From Candidatus Hodarchaeota archaeon (GTDB lineage: Archaea > Asgardarchaeota > Lokiarchaeia > Sigyniarchaeales > SOKP01), in contig JBHLKM010000001.1 of the NCBI GenBank assembly GCA_048886685.1, positions 224,001-288,000 of the forward strand: DNA of 64,000 nt, written 5' to 3'. The notes below the pieces were generated by a model, which worked only from the letters and a program-made list of their open reading frames with translations, ran no database searches and was not told the DNA's origin. This document shows, piece by piece, positions 38,466-48,657 of this stretch (the first letter of the stretch is position 1; each line of letters opens with the position of its first letter). The position numbers and the translations under genes are program-made.

Positions 38466-39764
38466 TTATACTTTATAAGATTCAATATCTTCTTTCGTCT
38501 TCCATTCGTATTTTGGAGAATCTTTATGTTTTGGGTCATAAAGATGACATGCAACATAATACCTATCACTTATTTCAATCCAAGATGGTTTGATTTTATC
38601 ACAGATTTCCAATCGTTCGTCGCATCTTGGGTGAAATCTACAACCTGATGGGGGGTAAATCAAGTTTGGAACCATCCCCCGAATAGTTTTTAATTCTTTA
38701 TCTTTTGTTTCAATACTAGGAATAGCTCCTATCAAACCTTGAGTATATGGATGGCGTGGATTTTTAAATAAATCATTAGCAGTTGCATATTCTACTATAT
38801 TCCCGCTATACATGACAGCGATCCGATCGCATGTTTCCGCGATAATTCCTAAATCATGAGTTATTAAAAGGAGAGAAGTTCTGAATTTCTTTTTCAATAT
38901 ATTCATTAAATCAAGAATTTGAGCTTGTATAGTCACGTCTAAGGCAGTTGTTGGCTCATCAGCAATTAATAGTTGCGGATTACATGAAAGTGCCATAGAA
39001 ATCATAATTCGTTGTCTCATTCCGCCACTTAACTCATGAGGATACCTTTTTATTATACCTTTCGCATCAGCAATTCCTACTTCCTTTATGATTTTTTCTA
39101 CTTCTTCTAATGCAATATTTTTCAAAAGTGGTGGTTTTGGTATTTTATCTCTAAGTTCTTTGATTCTTAACAGAAGATCTTGCTCTTCTTCTTCAGATAT
39201 AAGTCCATCCTTTTCTTTCTGTCTTAATTCATTCTTTAAGTTCTCTTTTTCATCAATTAACTTTTGTCTCTTTAAACGACGGTTGTCTAGAGTTTTGTGA
39301 AGTTCTTCTTTTTGGTGAAGAAGGAATACTTCTGACAGTTGTTTACCAACTGACATTACGGGATTAAGCGAATTAAGAGGATCTTGAAAGATCATAGTAA
39401 TTTGATTACCACGGTATTCCCTCATTTTTGGCGTGGATAATTTCAGAAGATTTATGTCATTAAACTTTATTGAACCCTCAATAATTTGTCCTGGTTCCCC
39501 AACAAGTTGTAGAATTGAAAGCGCTGTAACTGATTTTCCGCATCCAGTTTCGCCGACAAGACCAAGTACCTCATCTTTATATATATCAAATGAAACACCA
39601 TCAACTGCTTTAACGATACCTTCTTCGGTATAAAAGTATACTTTTAAATTTCTGACTTCAAGCAGCTTTTCTGACTTATCTTTTAAATCTAACTCTAATT
39701 GTTCTGTTTTACTATTTTCAATAGCTATTTTTTTTTTTTCTGTTATTTCCATTCTCAGTGTCAA
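38466..39764 (-). CDS. oppD: Oligopeptide/dipeptide ABC transporter ATP-binding subunit with coiled-coil insertion
   Basis: GETGCGKS, LSGGMRQR, DEPTTALD, GCRFHPRC. Confidence 0.92.
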   Translation of the reverse strand: MTLRMEITEKKKIAIENSKTEQLELDLKDKSEKLLEVRNLKVYFYTEEGIVKAVDGVSFDIYKDEVLGLVGETGCGKSVTALSILQLVGEPGQIIEGSIKFNDINLLKLSTPKMREYRGNQITMIFQDPLNSLNPVMSVGKQLSEVFLLHQKEELHKTLDNRRLKRQKLIDEKENLKNELRQKEKDGLISEEEEQDLLLRIKELRDKIPKPPLLKNIALEEVEKIIKEVGIADAKGIIKRYPHELSGGMRQRIMISMALSCNPQLLIADEPTTALDVTIQAQILDLMNILKKKFRTSLLLITHDLGIIAETCDRIAVMYSGNIVEYATANDLFKNPRHPYTQGLIGAIPSIETKDKELKTIRGMVPNLIYPPSGCRFHPRCDERLEICDKIKPSWIEISDRYYVACHLYDPKHKDSPKYEWKTKEDIESYKV

Positions 39765-39800
39765 CTCAGTAATAATAAAAAAAAAAGATTAGATCTAATA

Positions 39801-40820
39801 TTATAAGTTTCTTAATCTCGGGTCTAGAGCATCTCTTAGTCCATCTCCAACTAACATAAAGCCCAACACCGTGATTAATATCATTATTCCTGGCCATAAT
39901 GCTGCCCAAGGGGCATTTACAAGATGACCGCGTCCAATATCAATATCTCTCCCCCATTCGATTAATCTAGGGTCACTATAACCTAGGAATGCGAGCCCCG
40001 CAAAACTCAAAATTACTCCACCTATATCAAATGTAAATGAAATTATGATTGGTTGTATAGAATTGGGTAGGATATGTCTAAACATTATTCTCCAGTTTCC
40101 TGCACCAGCAACTTTTGCTGCTTGCACATAAGGTAATTCTCGTGCTTGCAACACTGATCCCCTAATTAAACGAGCATAATAAGGAATACCGAGAATTCCA
40201 TAGGCAAAAATTATAATTTCCATCTTTCGACCTAAAATTCCTACTAATACAATAGCAAAAACCAAAGCAGGAAATGCAAGAAAAACATCTCCAATTCTCA
40301 TTATAATTGTATCTACCCAGCCACCGTAATACGCGGCAATCACACCAAATATAACACCTGCGACTACACTTAATGTTATTGATGGTAGGGCAATCGTCAA
40401 AGAATTTCTTGCTCCGAATATTATCCTTGCTAGGATATCACGTCCAAAATTAGTTTGCCCTAAAGGATGTTCTGGAGATGGTGGGTCCCACGAACCTGCA
40501 AAAATTGCATCTGCTTCTTGAACTGTATAGGGAGAAAGCCAATGCCCAAAAACAGCAAATGTTACAATTATAATAACAATAAAAATTCCTAAGATGGTTA
40601 AGGGTGCTTTCAACCTCCGAATAAATTTTCTTTTACTAATTGTTCTTTCATATTCAGATTGCCGTTGATCCAAATCTTCTAGTCTAGAGCCTGGTATGAG
40701 AAGAAACTTAATATTAAAGAAAATCCACGAGATTATGAACTTCATTATCCCCTCTTTTTTCTCCTCTACTACTATTTCTTCCAATTCTTGTTGAAAAGTT
40801 TGTTGCTTAATTTTTTTCAC
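39801..40820 (-). CDS. oppC: Oligopeptide ABC transporter permease
   Basis: HPLG...GRD, EAA-like YVQAAKVAGA, HILPN, GDGLRDALDPR. Confidence 0.92.
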   Translation of the reverse strand: MKKIKQQTFQQELEEIVVEEKKEGIMKFIISWIFFNIKFLLIPGSRLEDLDQRQSEYERTISKRKFIRRLKAPLTILGIFIVIIIVTFAVFGHWLSPYTVQEADAIFAGSWDPPSPEHPLGQTNFGRDILARIIFGARNSLTIALPSITLSVVAGVIFGVIAAYYGGWVDTIIMRIGDVFLAFPALVFAIVLVGILGRKMEIIIFAYGILGIPYYARLIRGSVLQARELPYVQAAKVAGAGNWRIMFRHILPNSIQPIIISFTFDIGGVILSFAGLAFLGYSDPRLIEWGRDIDIGRGHLVNAPWAALWPGIMILITVLGFMLVGDGLRDALDPRLRNL

Positions 40821-40846
40821 TTTATTTTATTTTTTTTTTTTATTTT

Positions 40847-41866
40847 CTATGAATATTTTATTCTTGGGTCTAAATACGCATATGCCACGTCAGTAAATAA
40901 ATTTACAAGAATGAATATTATTGTAGTCATGAATACAATCGCGTTTAATACATAATAGTCACGATCCAGTATAGCACGTAATAACAATTCACCCATTCCA
41001 TGTAAATTAAAAGTAATTTCTGTTAACATAGCTCCACCTAATAAACCGCCAATGCTTAATCCTATAACAGTTACAGTAGGAATTAATGCATTTCTTCGAG
41101 CATGTTTTTTTATAACATCTCTTTCTTTACAGCCTTTTGCTCTTGCGGTTCTAATATAATCCTGTTGTAATATTTCAAGCATGCTCGAACGGGTTTGCCT
41201 CGTAAATGTTGCAAGAAATATAAAAGCTAAACAAAATACAGGTAAAACTAAATGAACTAAATAATCTCCAACTAAATACCATTTGCCTTCAATTATTGAG
41301 TCTATTATTCTGAAACCAGTTACGAGTTTAGGATCTTCATATCTCATATCTTTATATCCGATTGCTGGAAACCAACCTAATTTATAGGCTATAAAGAATT
41401 GAAGTAGTAATCCCAACCAAAAAACTGGAATGGATACTCCAACAAGAGCAAACCCCCTAAATATTGTATCTCTAGATTTATTTCTATGGGTTGCTGCAAC
41501 TACTCCTGTTTTAATACCTACGAATGAAGCAATAATTATTGAAAAAATAGCAACATCTAAAGTCCTTGGAAATCTTTCCCAGATAAGTTCCCAAACGTCT
41601 TGTCCCCTATTAATAGAAATAGATCTGCCCCAATTACCCAAAAATAAGTTTCCCATATATATAAAAAATTGTTGAAATAGTGGTAAATCAAATCCAAGTT
41701 GATGCGCTCTTGCATCATATTGTTCTCGAGTATATATTGGTGGGAGGTGTGCCAAAATTGGATCCCCTGGCATTGCTCTAGAAAGGAAGAATGTTAAAAT
41801 TAAAACTCCGAATAATATAGGTATTAATTGCAGCATTCTTCTAAATATATATTTAAGCATACTCAT
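40847..41866 (-). CDS. oppB: Oligopeptide ABC transporter permease
   Basis: PGDP, DYIRTARAKG, RNALIP, RDY, LDPRI. Confidence 0.92.
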   Translation of the reverse strand: MSMLKYIFRRMLQLIPILFGVLILTFFLSRAMPGDPILAHLPPIYTREQYDARAHQLGFDLPLFQQFFIYMGNLFLGNWGRSISINRGQDVWELIWERFPRTLDVAIFSIIIASFVGIKTGVVAATHRNKSRDTIFRGFALVGVSIPVFWLGLLLQFFIAYKLGWFPAIGYKDMRYEDPKLVTGFRIIDSIIEGKWYLVGDYLVHLVLPVFCLAFIFLATFTRQTRSSMLEILQQDYIRTARAKGCKERDVIKKHARRNALIPTVTVIGLSIGGLLGGAMLTEITFNLHGMGELLLRAILDRDYYVLNAIVFMTTIIFILVNLFTDVAYAYLDPRIKYS

Positions 41867-41920
41867 GTTTTTACACTTACCGATTTTGATAATTTTTTAT
41901 ATTATTTTTAATTTTTTTTT

Positions 41921-42388
41921 TTAACCTTCAATCTCTTCAATTTTTCTGAAATGTTCAATATATTTCTGCTTGGAATAAACAGCTAAAATTGCTGCTAACA
42001 AATTGATGCCCAATACTGAAAAAATTGTAATATATCCTTCATAATTAATAAAAAATCGTCCAATCTGGATTAGTATATCTAATTTGTAATTTACAAATAT
42101 ATACCAAAACCATGATTGTGCTAATATGAACGGAGTAAGCCATATACTATTCCTAATACCATATTCAAAAAAATCTTCTCTAAACGCCATAATAAATACT
42201 ATTATAAAAAGAATAACTAATGATACAATTGAATATGGATTAAATAAAATTTTGTGCAAATACAATATATCTTCTCCTATTGATTTTCTATATCGATTGC
42301 ATATATATCCAAAAAATATGAAGTGAATCAGTAGAAGGGTAACTATAAAATTAGCTTGCCTATTAAACTCAATTTTGGTAATCTTCAC
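41921..42388 (-). CDS. Hypothetical 4-TM membrane protein inside the opp operon
   Basis: Hydrophobic 155-aa ORF, GGAG SD plus GTG start, co-oriented between oppA and oppB. Confidence 0.65.
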   Translation of the reverse strand: MKITKIEFNRQANFIVTLLLIHFIFFGYICNRYRKSIGEDILYLHKILFNPYSIVSLVILFIIVFIMAFREDFFEYGIRNSIWLTPFILAQSWFWYIFVNYKLDILIQIGRFFINYEGYITIFSVLGINLLAAILAVYSKQKYIEHFRKIEEIEG

Positions 42389-42603
42389 AAAACTTCTCCA
42401 AATTAATTGAATTCTTATTTAAATTGTTTTTTTTACAAATTTGAATAATAATTATTTTTTTATTAATTTTTATATTTTTTTTACACTTTATCGTTTTTTA
42501 TATTTTTCAAACCACTTAATTATTGTTATATAAGTTATTTTTTTTTCTTTCGATTATATAAAAAAAAAAAAAATTTTGATTTATTTATTATTCATACTCT
42601 TCT

Positions 42604-44337
42604 TTAAAACTTTTCTACTGTTATATAGCAAGGATAGAAATAACTATAACCCCATGGATTCGTTGGAAATCCTTTTACATTAGGCGCAAAGGCATCCCTG
42701 TTTAATGAGCTATAACCCCATGCCCAAGGCATGAGATCTTCACAAAGATATTCTTGCATTTCGTTATAAATTTTCGCTCTCTCAACTGGATCAGTTTCTA
42801 CAATACCTGCTCTTAGCATCATTTCTAATTTGTGATCGTTAACTTGGGCGGCGTTCCCAGATGATACATTAGACATCAAAGAATTGACATAATTACTCGC
42901 ATCGTTATAATCAGGTATCCATCCAATAAACCAGAGGCTCAATCCATCATAGCCTGGTGCTGTTCTATTATAGACTAAGTCGAGATATGGAGTCCATTCT
43001 TTACCATTGTCTATAACTTCAACTCCAATCATATCCATATTTTGTTGTAATAATATTAACATATCCTCTCGGAATTTATTACCAACATTATATGTATAGT
43101 TTAGAGTCCTAAAACTAGCGCCCTGCCATTGTGCGTCTGTAGTGAAACCTACTCCAAATCCCATGCTTTGCATTACCTGTCTTGCTTTTGTCACGTCATA
43201 GTATGCTTCTTGACTTGAATAGTTAGAATATGCAATTCCTACAGGAATAGGCGATTCTAATCTTGCTGCATACCCTTCTAAGAGTTCATCAATCATATAA
43301 TCGTAATCAAGTGCCCATGAAATTGCTTGTCTCCATGTTTTATTGATTATTTTATTATTCATCCCAAGATATTGAGTAATTGAACTTGGAGGAGAGTCAA
43401 CTTCTACAAGATTAACTTTAGGAGAGTCTCTCATTTCGTCGTAAAACGAAGGATGTGGGGATTCTAATACATTAATATCACCAGCTAGCATTGCATTATT
43501 TCTGGCATCTGCATCCTGTATAATATTAATTACTAGCTTTTCAACTGCTGCGGCTCCTTTATAATATCGATCCCAGCGTTTCATTCTTGTCTCTACACCA
43601 GCAATATATGATTCAAAAATGAAAGGACCAGTTCCAGAGATTCTGTGTCCAGTTCCATTTGGACCTACACACTGCGATACTTCGAACCTTGTATCGAACA
43701 ATGTTACTGCTGGAGACATAATAAATGCACCATTAAAGGTTAGAATTGCGTCGAACACACCATAAGGCTTATTCAACACGAATTTTATTGTATATTCATC
43801 GACAATTTCAGTACGATTAATAACGGGAGTCCAATCAGGCCACCTATAGAGACTTTCTATTTGGGACACAGTCTCGGTGGCAGGAAGAGTGCCTGATATA
43901 TTCATCCAATAAGCTAATCTATCGAAGCTCCATTTCACGGCAGCAGCATTGAATTTAGTTCCATCATGGAACCATACGTCTTGTCTTAGGGGGATAGTAC
44001 AATTCGCCATACCATTTATCGGATCTACTGGGTCAAGATCCCACGTACCAATTTCAGCCGCTAACTGCGGCATAAGGGGCTGATCTTCCTCAATGTTTCC
44101 AATATCATATCTATATAAACCCTCATAAATCTGCATAACTATATCGAATCCTGCACTCTCCCATAATTCATGGGGATCCAAATTATCAGGACCATACATA
44201 TCCCCAGCAATTATTGTATTTTTTACTGATGGCTCTGGTACGGCAACTAACGACCCAAGGATAATATTTCCAACACCAGATACTCCCAGAACAACTGCTA
44301 GGATTATTATTGCTAAATTTTTCTTTTCCATTTCCAT
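42604..44337 (-). CDS. oppA: Oligopeptide ABC transporter substrate-binding protein (family 5)
   Basis: N-terminal TM anchor, LDP, FHDGT.FNA.AVKWS, GTGPF, RQAISWA, W.PDYND. Confidence 0.9.
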   Translation of the reverse strand: MEMEKKNLAIIILAVVLGVSGVGNIILGSLVAVPEPSVKNTIIAGDMYGPDNLDPHELWESAGFDIVMQIYEGLYRYDIGNIEEDQPLMPQLAAEIGTWDLDPVDPINGMANCTIPLRQDVWFHDGTKFNAAAVKWSFDRLAYWMNISGTLPATETVSQIESLYRWPDWTPVINRTEIVDEYTIKFVLNKPYGVFDAILTFNGAFIMSPAVTLFDTRFEVSQCVGPNGTGHRISGTGPFIFESYIAGVETRMKRWDRYYKGAAAVEKLVINIIQDADARNNAMLAGDINVLESPHPSFYDEMRDSPKVNLVEVDSPPSSITQYLGMNNKIINKTWRQAISWALDYDYMIDELLEGYAARLESPIPVGIAYSNYSSQEAYYDVTKARQVMQSMGFGVGFTTDAQWQGASFRTLNYTYNVGNKFREDMLILLQQNMDMIGVEVIDNGKEWTPYLDLVYNRTAPGYDGLSLWFIGWIPDYNDASNYVNSLMSNVSSGNAAQVNDHKLEMMLRAGIVETDPVERAKIYNEMQEYLCEDLMPWAWGYSSLNRDAFAPNVKGFPTNPWGYSYFYPCYITVEKF

Positions 44338-44951
44338 ATTAAAATCACTAATAATTTTATTGTTTTCTTTTTCATTTTTTTTAAATATGTTGTTAAATAT
44401 GTTTTTTAATTTGGAAGCTTATAAGTTTTTTCCTTTTTTTTTTGTTGATTATTGAAATCATAAAAGATTTTTAAAAATCAATCGAACAGTCTGGGTTAAA
44501 AATTCTTAATCTTTAAACTGTTTTGTTAAAGAAGGCTTTATATTAATTATATATATAATTTTTCTGAAACTTTACTAATTCTAGAATGATAAAAATTTTT
44601 AGTTTAACAATTTAAGTGTGGAAAATGGGAATGAAATGGGATAATATACTTCATTTGATTATTTCAACAATTTTATCAAAATAAAAAATAAGACTTTTTT
44701 AGTCATTATGAGTAATCCCAGGTTTAGAGAAAGTAAAATCCATAAACTGTATTATAACTTAAATAAAATTTGGTATCATTAAGATCCGTATATGCTTTAG
44801 GCTAGGAATTCCGGATTAGAAGAATCAAAATTAGAAAATAAGGTAAACAGATTAATCTATGAATAAAGAGTAAGTAATTGATAAATGAATTTCATTCAAT
44901 AATATAAGACAAAAATAATAAAAAAATTAGAAAGTTTTAAAAAATAAATAG

Positions 44952-47834
44952 TTATCTACGTTTATACAATTTCATTATAACTAACAGAAGAACACCAATT
45001 GCAATAAGACATAATCCACTTATAACACATCCGATTAGTAAAAGATTTCCAAACTCATAAGGATCTCTTGGTAAATCTAATTCTGACTGCGAGAAAAATA
45101 ATGCGAAATCATCTCTTATCTTTACTAACCAGTCGAATATTGCATGCATTTGATCATCAGTAAATGTATAAAATGCTTTCAAATAATTATAGGTACTAGA
45201 CACTTCCATCGCTTTAAACCATCTAGAAATTCCCGTAGGCGTTACCAATGATTCAGGATTCTCCTCGGACCATAATTGCACAGCAGGATCAAATTCTATA
45301 TTGCTCGCAGTTGGAAGGCCTAGTTCCCAACCACTGAGAGATTCAAGTCCAAAAGCGGGTCCTGGGTCAATTCCTTCAGTAAAGAGTGTACCATTAGTCC
45401 ATTGGCGAAAGAATTCAAATCCCGCTAGTTCCGTCATACTATATCCTGTTAGATCAAAAGCAATATTAGGTACAACATTAGATCCAAATGTAGGAAATAA
45501 CCAATTAAGGATTAAGTCTAATTGATCAGTACTCAAATGAAAAGTTGTGATTAATTCGGTTCTTGAGGCACTATCTCCACCTGCAGCATCAATCCATTTT
45601 AAGAGCCCATCTTTATTGATAAATGAAGAAGAATTTCCTGTATCAAAGAGAGAAGCAGTCATTGAAAATGAAATGTTAGATTTTACTGGAATGCCTACTT
45701 CAAATCCCGTGATCCCACCTCCGAGGTCAAGACCCTCTGGCACAACAGTAGCATTTGCCCATTGCTCTAGAAAAAGAATTTCGGCATATTGTGTAGTTGT
45801 TATCCTAGATCCTGGAGGAAGCTCGAGAATAAAAATTATTGGTACAACAACATCTTTGATGGTCGTAAATAACCAATTAAAAATTTGTGTAAACTGAGCA
45901 TTGCTTAAAACATACGTTGCATTAATATTATTTTGAGCAGTCACATTTCCATTTGCAGCTTTATACCATTCTAGAATTCCAGCATCATTAATAAATCCAG
46001 ATGAATTTGCTTGATCCCAGAGACTTTTCGAGTGTTCCAATGAAATAGATGATGGACTAGGAACTCCTACTTCCAAACCTCTTTGTTTTGATAAACCGAT
46101 TATAGATCCTAAAATATAATTTTGGAGATATTGTCCCAGAGGTAAGAGATGGTCAACCCAAGTCGCATTATAAGTAGATTCCATCAAGGTTCTATTAGTC
46201 CCAATATTTAATAATGCTGCTTGAAAAAAATCTAACCAATTTTTTAAACCTAATCCTGACTGTAGTTCTATTAATATTCCCGGTGCCTCGCCATACCCAT
46301 ATAAAATTCTTTCTTGAGCTATAATAGTATAGTTATGACTAAAAGAACTACCAGACATAAACTCCGAAACACCCATTAAACTTATTGAATAATTAGCGGT
46401 AAAATTGTAATCATTAAAGAAAACATCTGTAGCATTTACCAGAGTAGTAGAATTTTGAACGGCAATTAGCTCAATAACATTATTAATTTGTTTTGCAGCA
46501 CTAGAGGTTTTTAAAAAGATACTAAGTTCCTCACTCAAGTCTCTCAGGTAAATTCCGCCTGAGAAAATTGACCCATTAGCCCATTGTATATAGAAATCCC
46601 TCTCTGCTGCGCTCTCTAAGGTTAATCCGTCTAAAGCCAATTGAGCAGGCACAACCGTATCAAACATGTATTGAGTTAAATAAGAAGTCAAATTTTTTAA
46701 TTGGTAATAGGTAGCATTATATAGTACTTGCATTGTAATACCCCCAGAAGTAGCATTATAGAGGCTGAGAAAACCAGAAACTCCAGTGCCTAATGGAAGA
46801 TCTTCTAAAATTCCTGGAGAATCTTGGTAACCATATAATATTCTTTGTTGAGCAGTTTCTGTATAGTTAAGGCTATATGAACCCCCTGTAATAAACTCAG
46901 AAACGCCACTTATGGAAGTTATTCCTTTTGTAGTAATTGACCAATCTTCATCATTGAAGAATTGTTCTGTTACGTTTAAGAGTGCATATTCAGATGGTGT
47001 CATGCTAAAATTTGCAATGAATTCACTGGTAACTATAGAGTCCCACATATAATCAGTAATATATTCTGCTACTGCTGTAAGCTGGTTCCAAGTAGAATTA
47101 TATGTTATCTGCATTGTAAGATTGTATATTGCGGGATCTTCAGTAGCATTATCGTAAAATTCTATAAATTCCAGAACACCAGTTCCGTTTACAAGATCTT
47201 GGATTAACCCGGGTGCGGAAGAATTTCCATACAATAAGCTTTGTTGTGCAGCTGCCGTAAAATTAAGTTTATTTAAACCATTTGTAGCAAATTCAGAAAT
47301 ACCTTCTATTGAAGTGTAATAACGATCTTGAAATGTATAATTATTAAAAAACACATCCATTGCATTTAATAGCGTAGATGAATTAGAATTTATCACCTGT
47401 TCCAAAGTTTCGTTAATGAACTGAGCTGACATTGAACCTTCAATCTTTGCCTGGACAACAGCAGCCGCAGAATCAAGGCTTTCACTTATATTAGTACTTG
47501 TCATCGAATTGTTTATTCTTTCTAAGAATATCGGCATCGATAAATTTTTGAGATATTGAAGAACACCAGGAATAGAGCGCACTTTAACAATTTCATCTTC
47601 AATATATTGAGTTTCCTGTTCTCGAATCGCTTCTAAAACCTCTGGTATGCCTAATCCCATGAAATTACTTTCAATTACAGGAACAACAGCATCTTGAATA
47701 GTCAGAAGTGTTTCAGGAACGTTAGCACGAACTTGATCTCTAAAGTATCCATTTAAGAAAAAACCAGTGGGGGCCAAACCTATGCCCAAAGCTAACAAAA
47801 TTGCTGTAATATTTAATTTTGTTTTATTTAGCAT
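44952..47834 (-). CDS. Large (960 aa) double-anchored repeat surface glycoprotein
   Basis: TM at each terminus, many N-x-S/T sequons, 3 copies of an A-repeat (FFN..G.SEF..AQ..LYG..PG) and 3 copies of a B-repeat (G.E.G.P..S.I...L....G...W...WL). Confidence 0.8.
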   Translation of the reverse strand: MLNKTKLNITAILLALGIGLAPTGFFLNGYFRDQVRANVPETLLTIQDAVVPVIESNFMGLGIPEVLEAIREQETQYIEDEIVKVRSIPGVLQYLKNLSMPIFLERINNSMTSTNISESLDSAAAVVQAKIEGSMSAQFINETLEQVINSNSSTLLNAMDVFFNNYTFQDRYYTSIEGISEFATNGLNKLNFTAAAQQSLLYGNSSAPGLIQDLVNGTGVLEFIEFYDNATEDPAIYNLTMQITYNSTWNQLTAVAEYITDYMWDSIVTSEFIANFSMTPSEYALLNVTEQFFNDEDWSITTKGITSISGVSEFITGGSYSLNYTETAQQRILYGYQDSPGILEDLPLGTGVSGFLSLYNATSGGITMQVLYNATYYQLKNLTSYLTQYMFDTVVPAQLALDGLTLESAAERDFYIQWANGSIFSGGIYLRDLSEELSIFLKTSSAAKQINNVIELIAVQNSTTLVNATDVFFNDYNFTANYSISLMGVSEFMSGSSFSHNYTIIAQERILYGYGEAPGILIELQSGLGLKNWLDFFQAALLNIGTNRTLMESTYNATWVDHLLPLGQYLQNYILGSIIGLSKQRGLEVGVPSPSSISLEHSKSLWDQANSSGFINDAGILEWYKAANGNVTAQNNINATYVLSNAQFTQIFNWLFTTIKDVVVPIIFILELPPGSRITTTQYAEILFLEQWANATVVPEGLDLGGGITGFEVGIPVKSNISFSMTASLFDTGNSSSFINKDGLLKWIDAAGGDSASRTELITTFHLSTDQLDLILNWLFPTFGSNVVPNIAFDLTGYSMTELAGFEFFRQWTNGTLFTEGIDPGPAFGLESLSGWELGLPTASNIEFDPAVQLWSEENPESLVTPTGISRWFKAMEVSSTYNYLKAFYTFTDDQMHAIFDWLVKIRDDFALFFSQSELDLPRDPYEFGNLLLIGCVISGLCLIAIGVLLLVIMKLYKRR

Positions 47835-47979
47835 AATAAATATTTTGAATTCTGTTATATAAATTTTCTTCTAAATTAACACTTAAGTCTTGCTATTAAA
47901 GAATAGGAGTCAAGGATTTAATTTTTTGCCTTGCTCTAAAAAACAAACTTTTTTATTGAGTTTGAATTAAAGTGATAAT

Positions 47980-48570
47980 ATGATCAGAAAATTATATATA
48001 AGGTTTTTAATACCAAGTGTTTTTATTTCTAGCATTTTTGTTGGAGTTGTCTTGAATTTCTTATCATTTCTTAATCCTAAGACGGTTGATAATAATGGAT
48101 CATGGTTTATTACTCCTTTCAGATTTTCAGATTTATCAGCCATAACTTTTATATTATTTACCTTTATCTTATTGATAACAATAAGATTTATTAATAAAAT
48201 TCCACGTGATACAATTCTCATTTTTTGTGTAATAATCACGGGTTTTAGCCTTATTTATACGAGTTTTTCATGGAATTGGCAGACTTACTTCATAAGTTTT
48301 CTCATCACCGGTATTGGATTGGGATTAATACTTCCAATTTTTTTAGAATTATTTATTAAAGTTTTACCTTTGGATCTGAATAAGATTCTTTCTTTGATCT
48401 TCTTCCTTTTAATTGTAGCTACATGGGTAATTACTTTTAGCATTATTTTTATGTTAATAGGTGTTAGATTTTGGAGATTAATATATCTCATAGTAGGAAC
48501 TATTAATATTCTCTCTTCAATTTTTATCATTAACTTTGAGACTAGTATGGATACTAGAGAAATTAAATAA
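47980..48570 (+). CDS. Six-TM membrane protein resembling half of an MFS transporter
   Basis: Hydrophobic; ITGIGLG...P and WRLIYLIVG resemble MFS N-domain motifs. Confidence 0.45.
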   Translation: MIRKLYIRFLIPSVFISSIFVGVVLNFLSFLNPKTVDNNGSWFITPFRFSDLSAITFILFTFILLITIRFINKIPRDTILIFCVIITGFSLIYTSFSWNWQTYFISFLITGIGLGLILPIFLELFIKVLPLDLNKILSLIFFLLIVATWVITFSIIFMLIGVRFWRLIYLIVGTINILSSIFIINFETSMDTREIK

Positions 48571-48657
48571 CACTAGCTTTATGTTTTCTTAGAGCATTAA
48601 CCAAGTATTCTATTGTTTTTTAACTAAGTATACCCATTAAAAGATTAAAAATAAAAC

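Noticed and set aside
40820-42575. Long A/T homopolymer runs (e.g. near 40829-40841 and 42560-42572) as phase-variation tracts
   Set aside because: They are intergenic, in a very AT-rich genome, and consistent with archaeal oligo-T terminators
44708-44866. Possible pseudogene fragment (MSNPRFRESK... with two internal stops)
   Set aside because: Too short and no convincing family similarity
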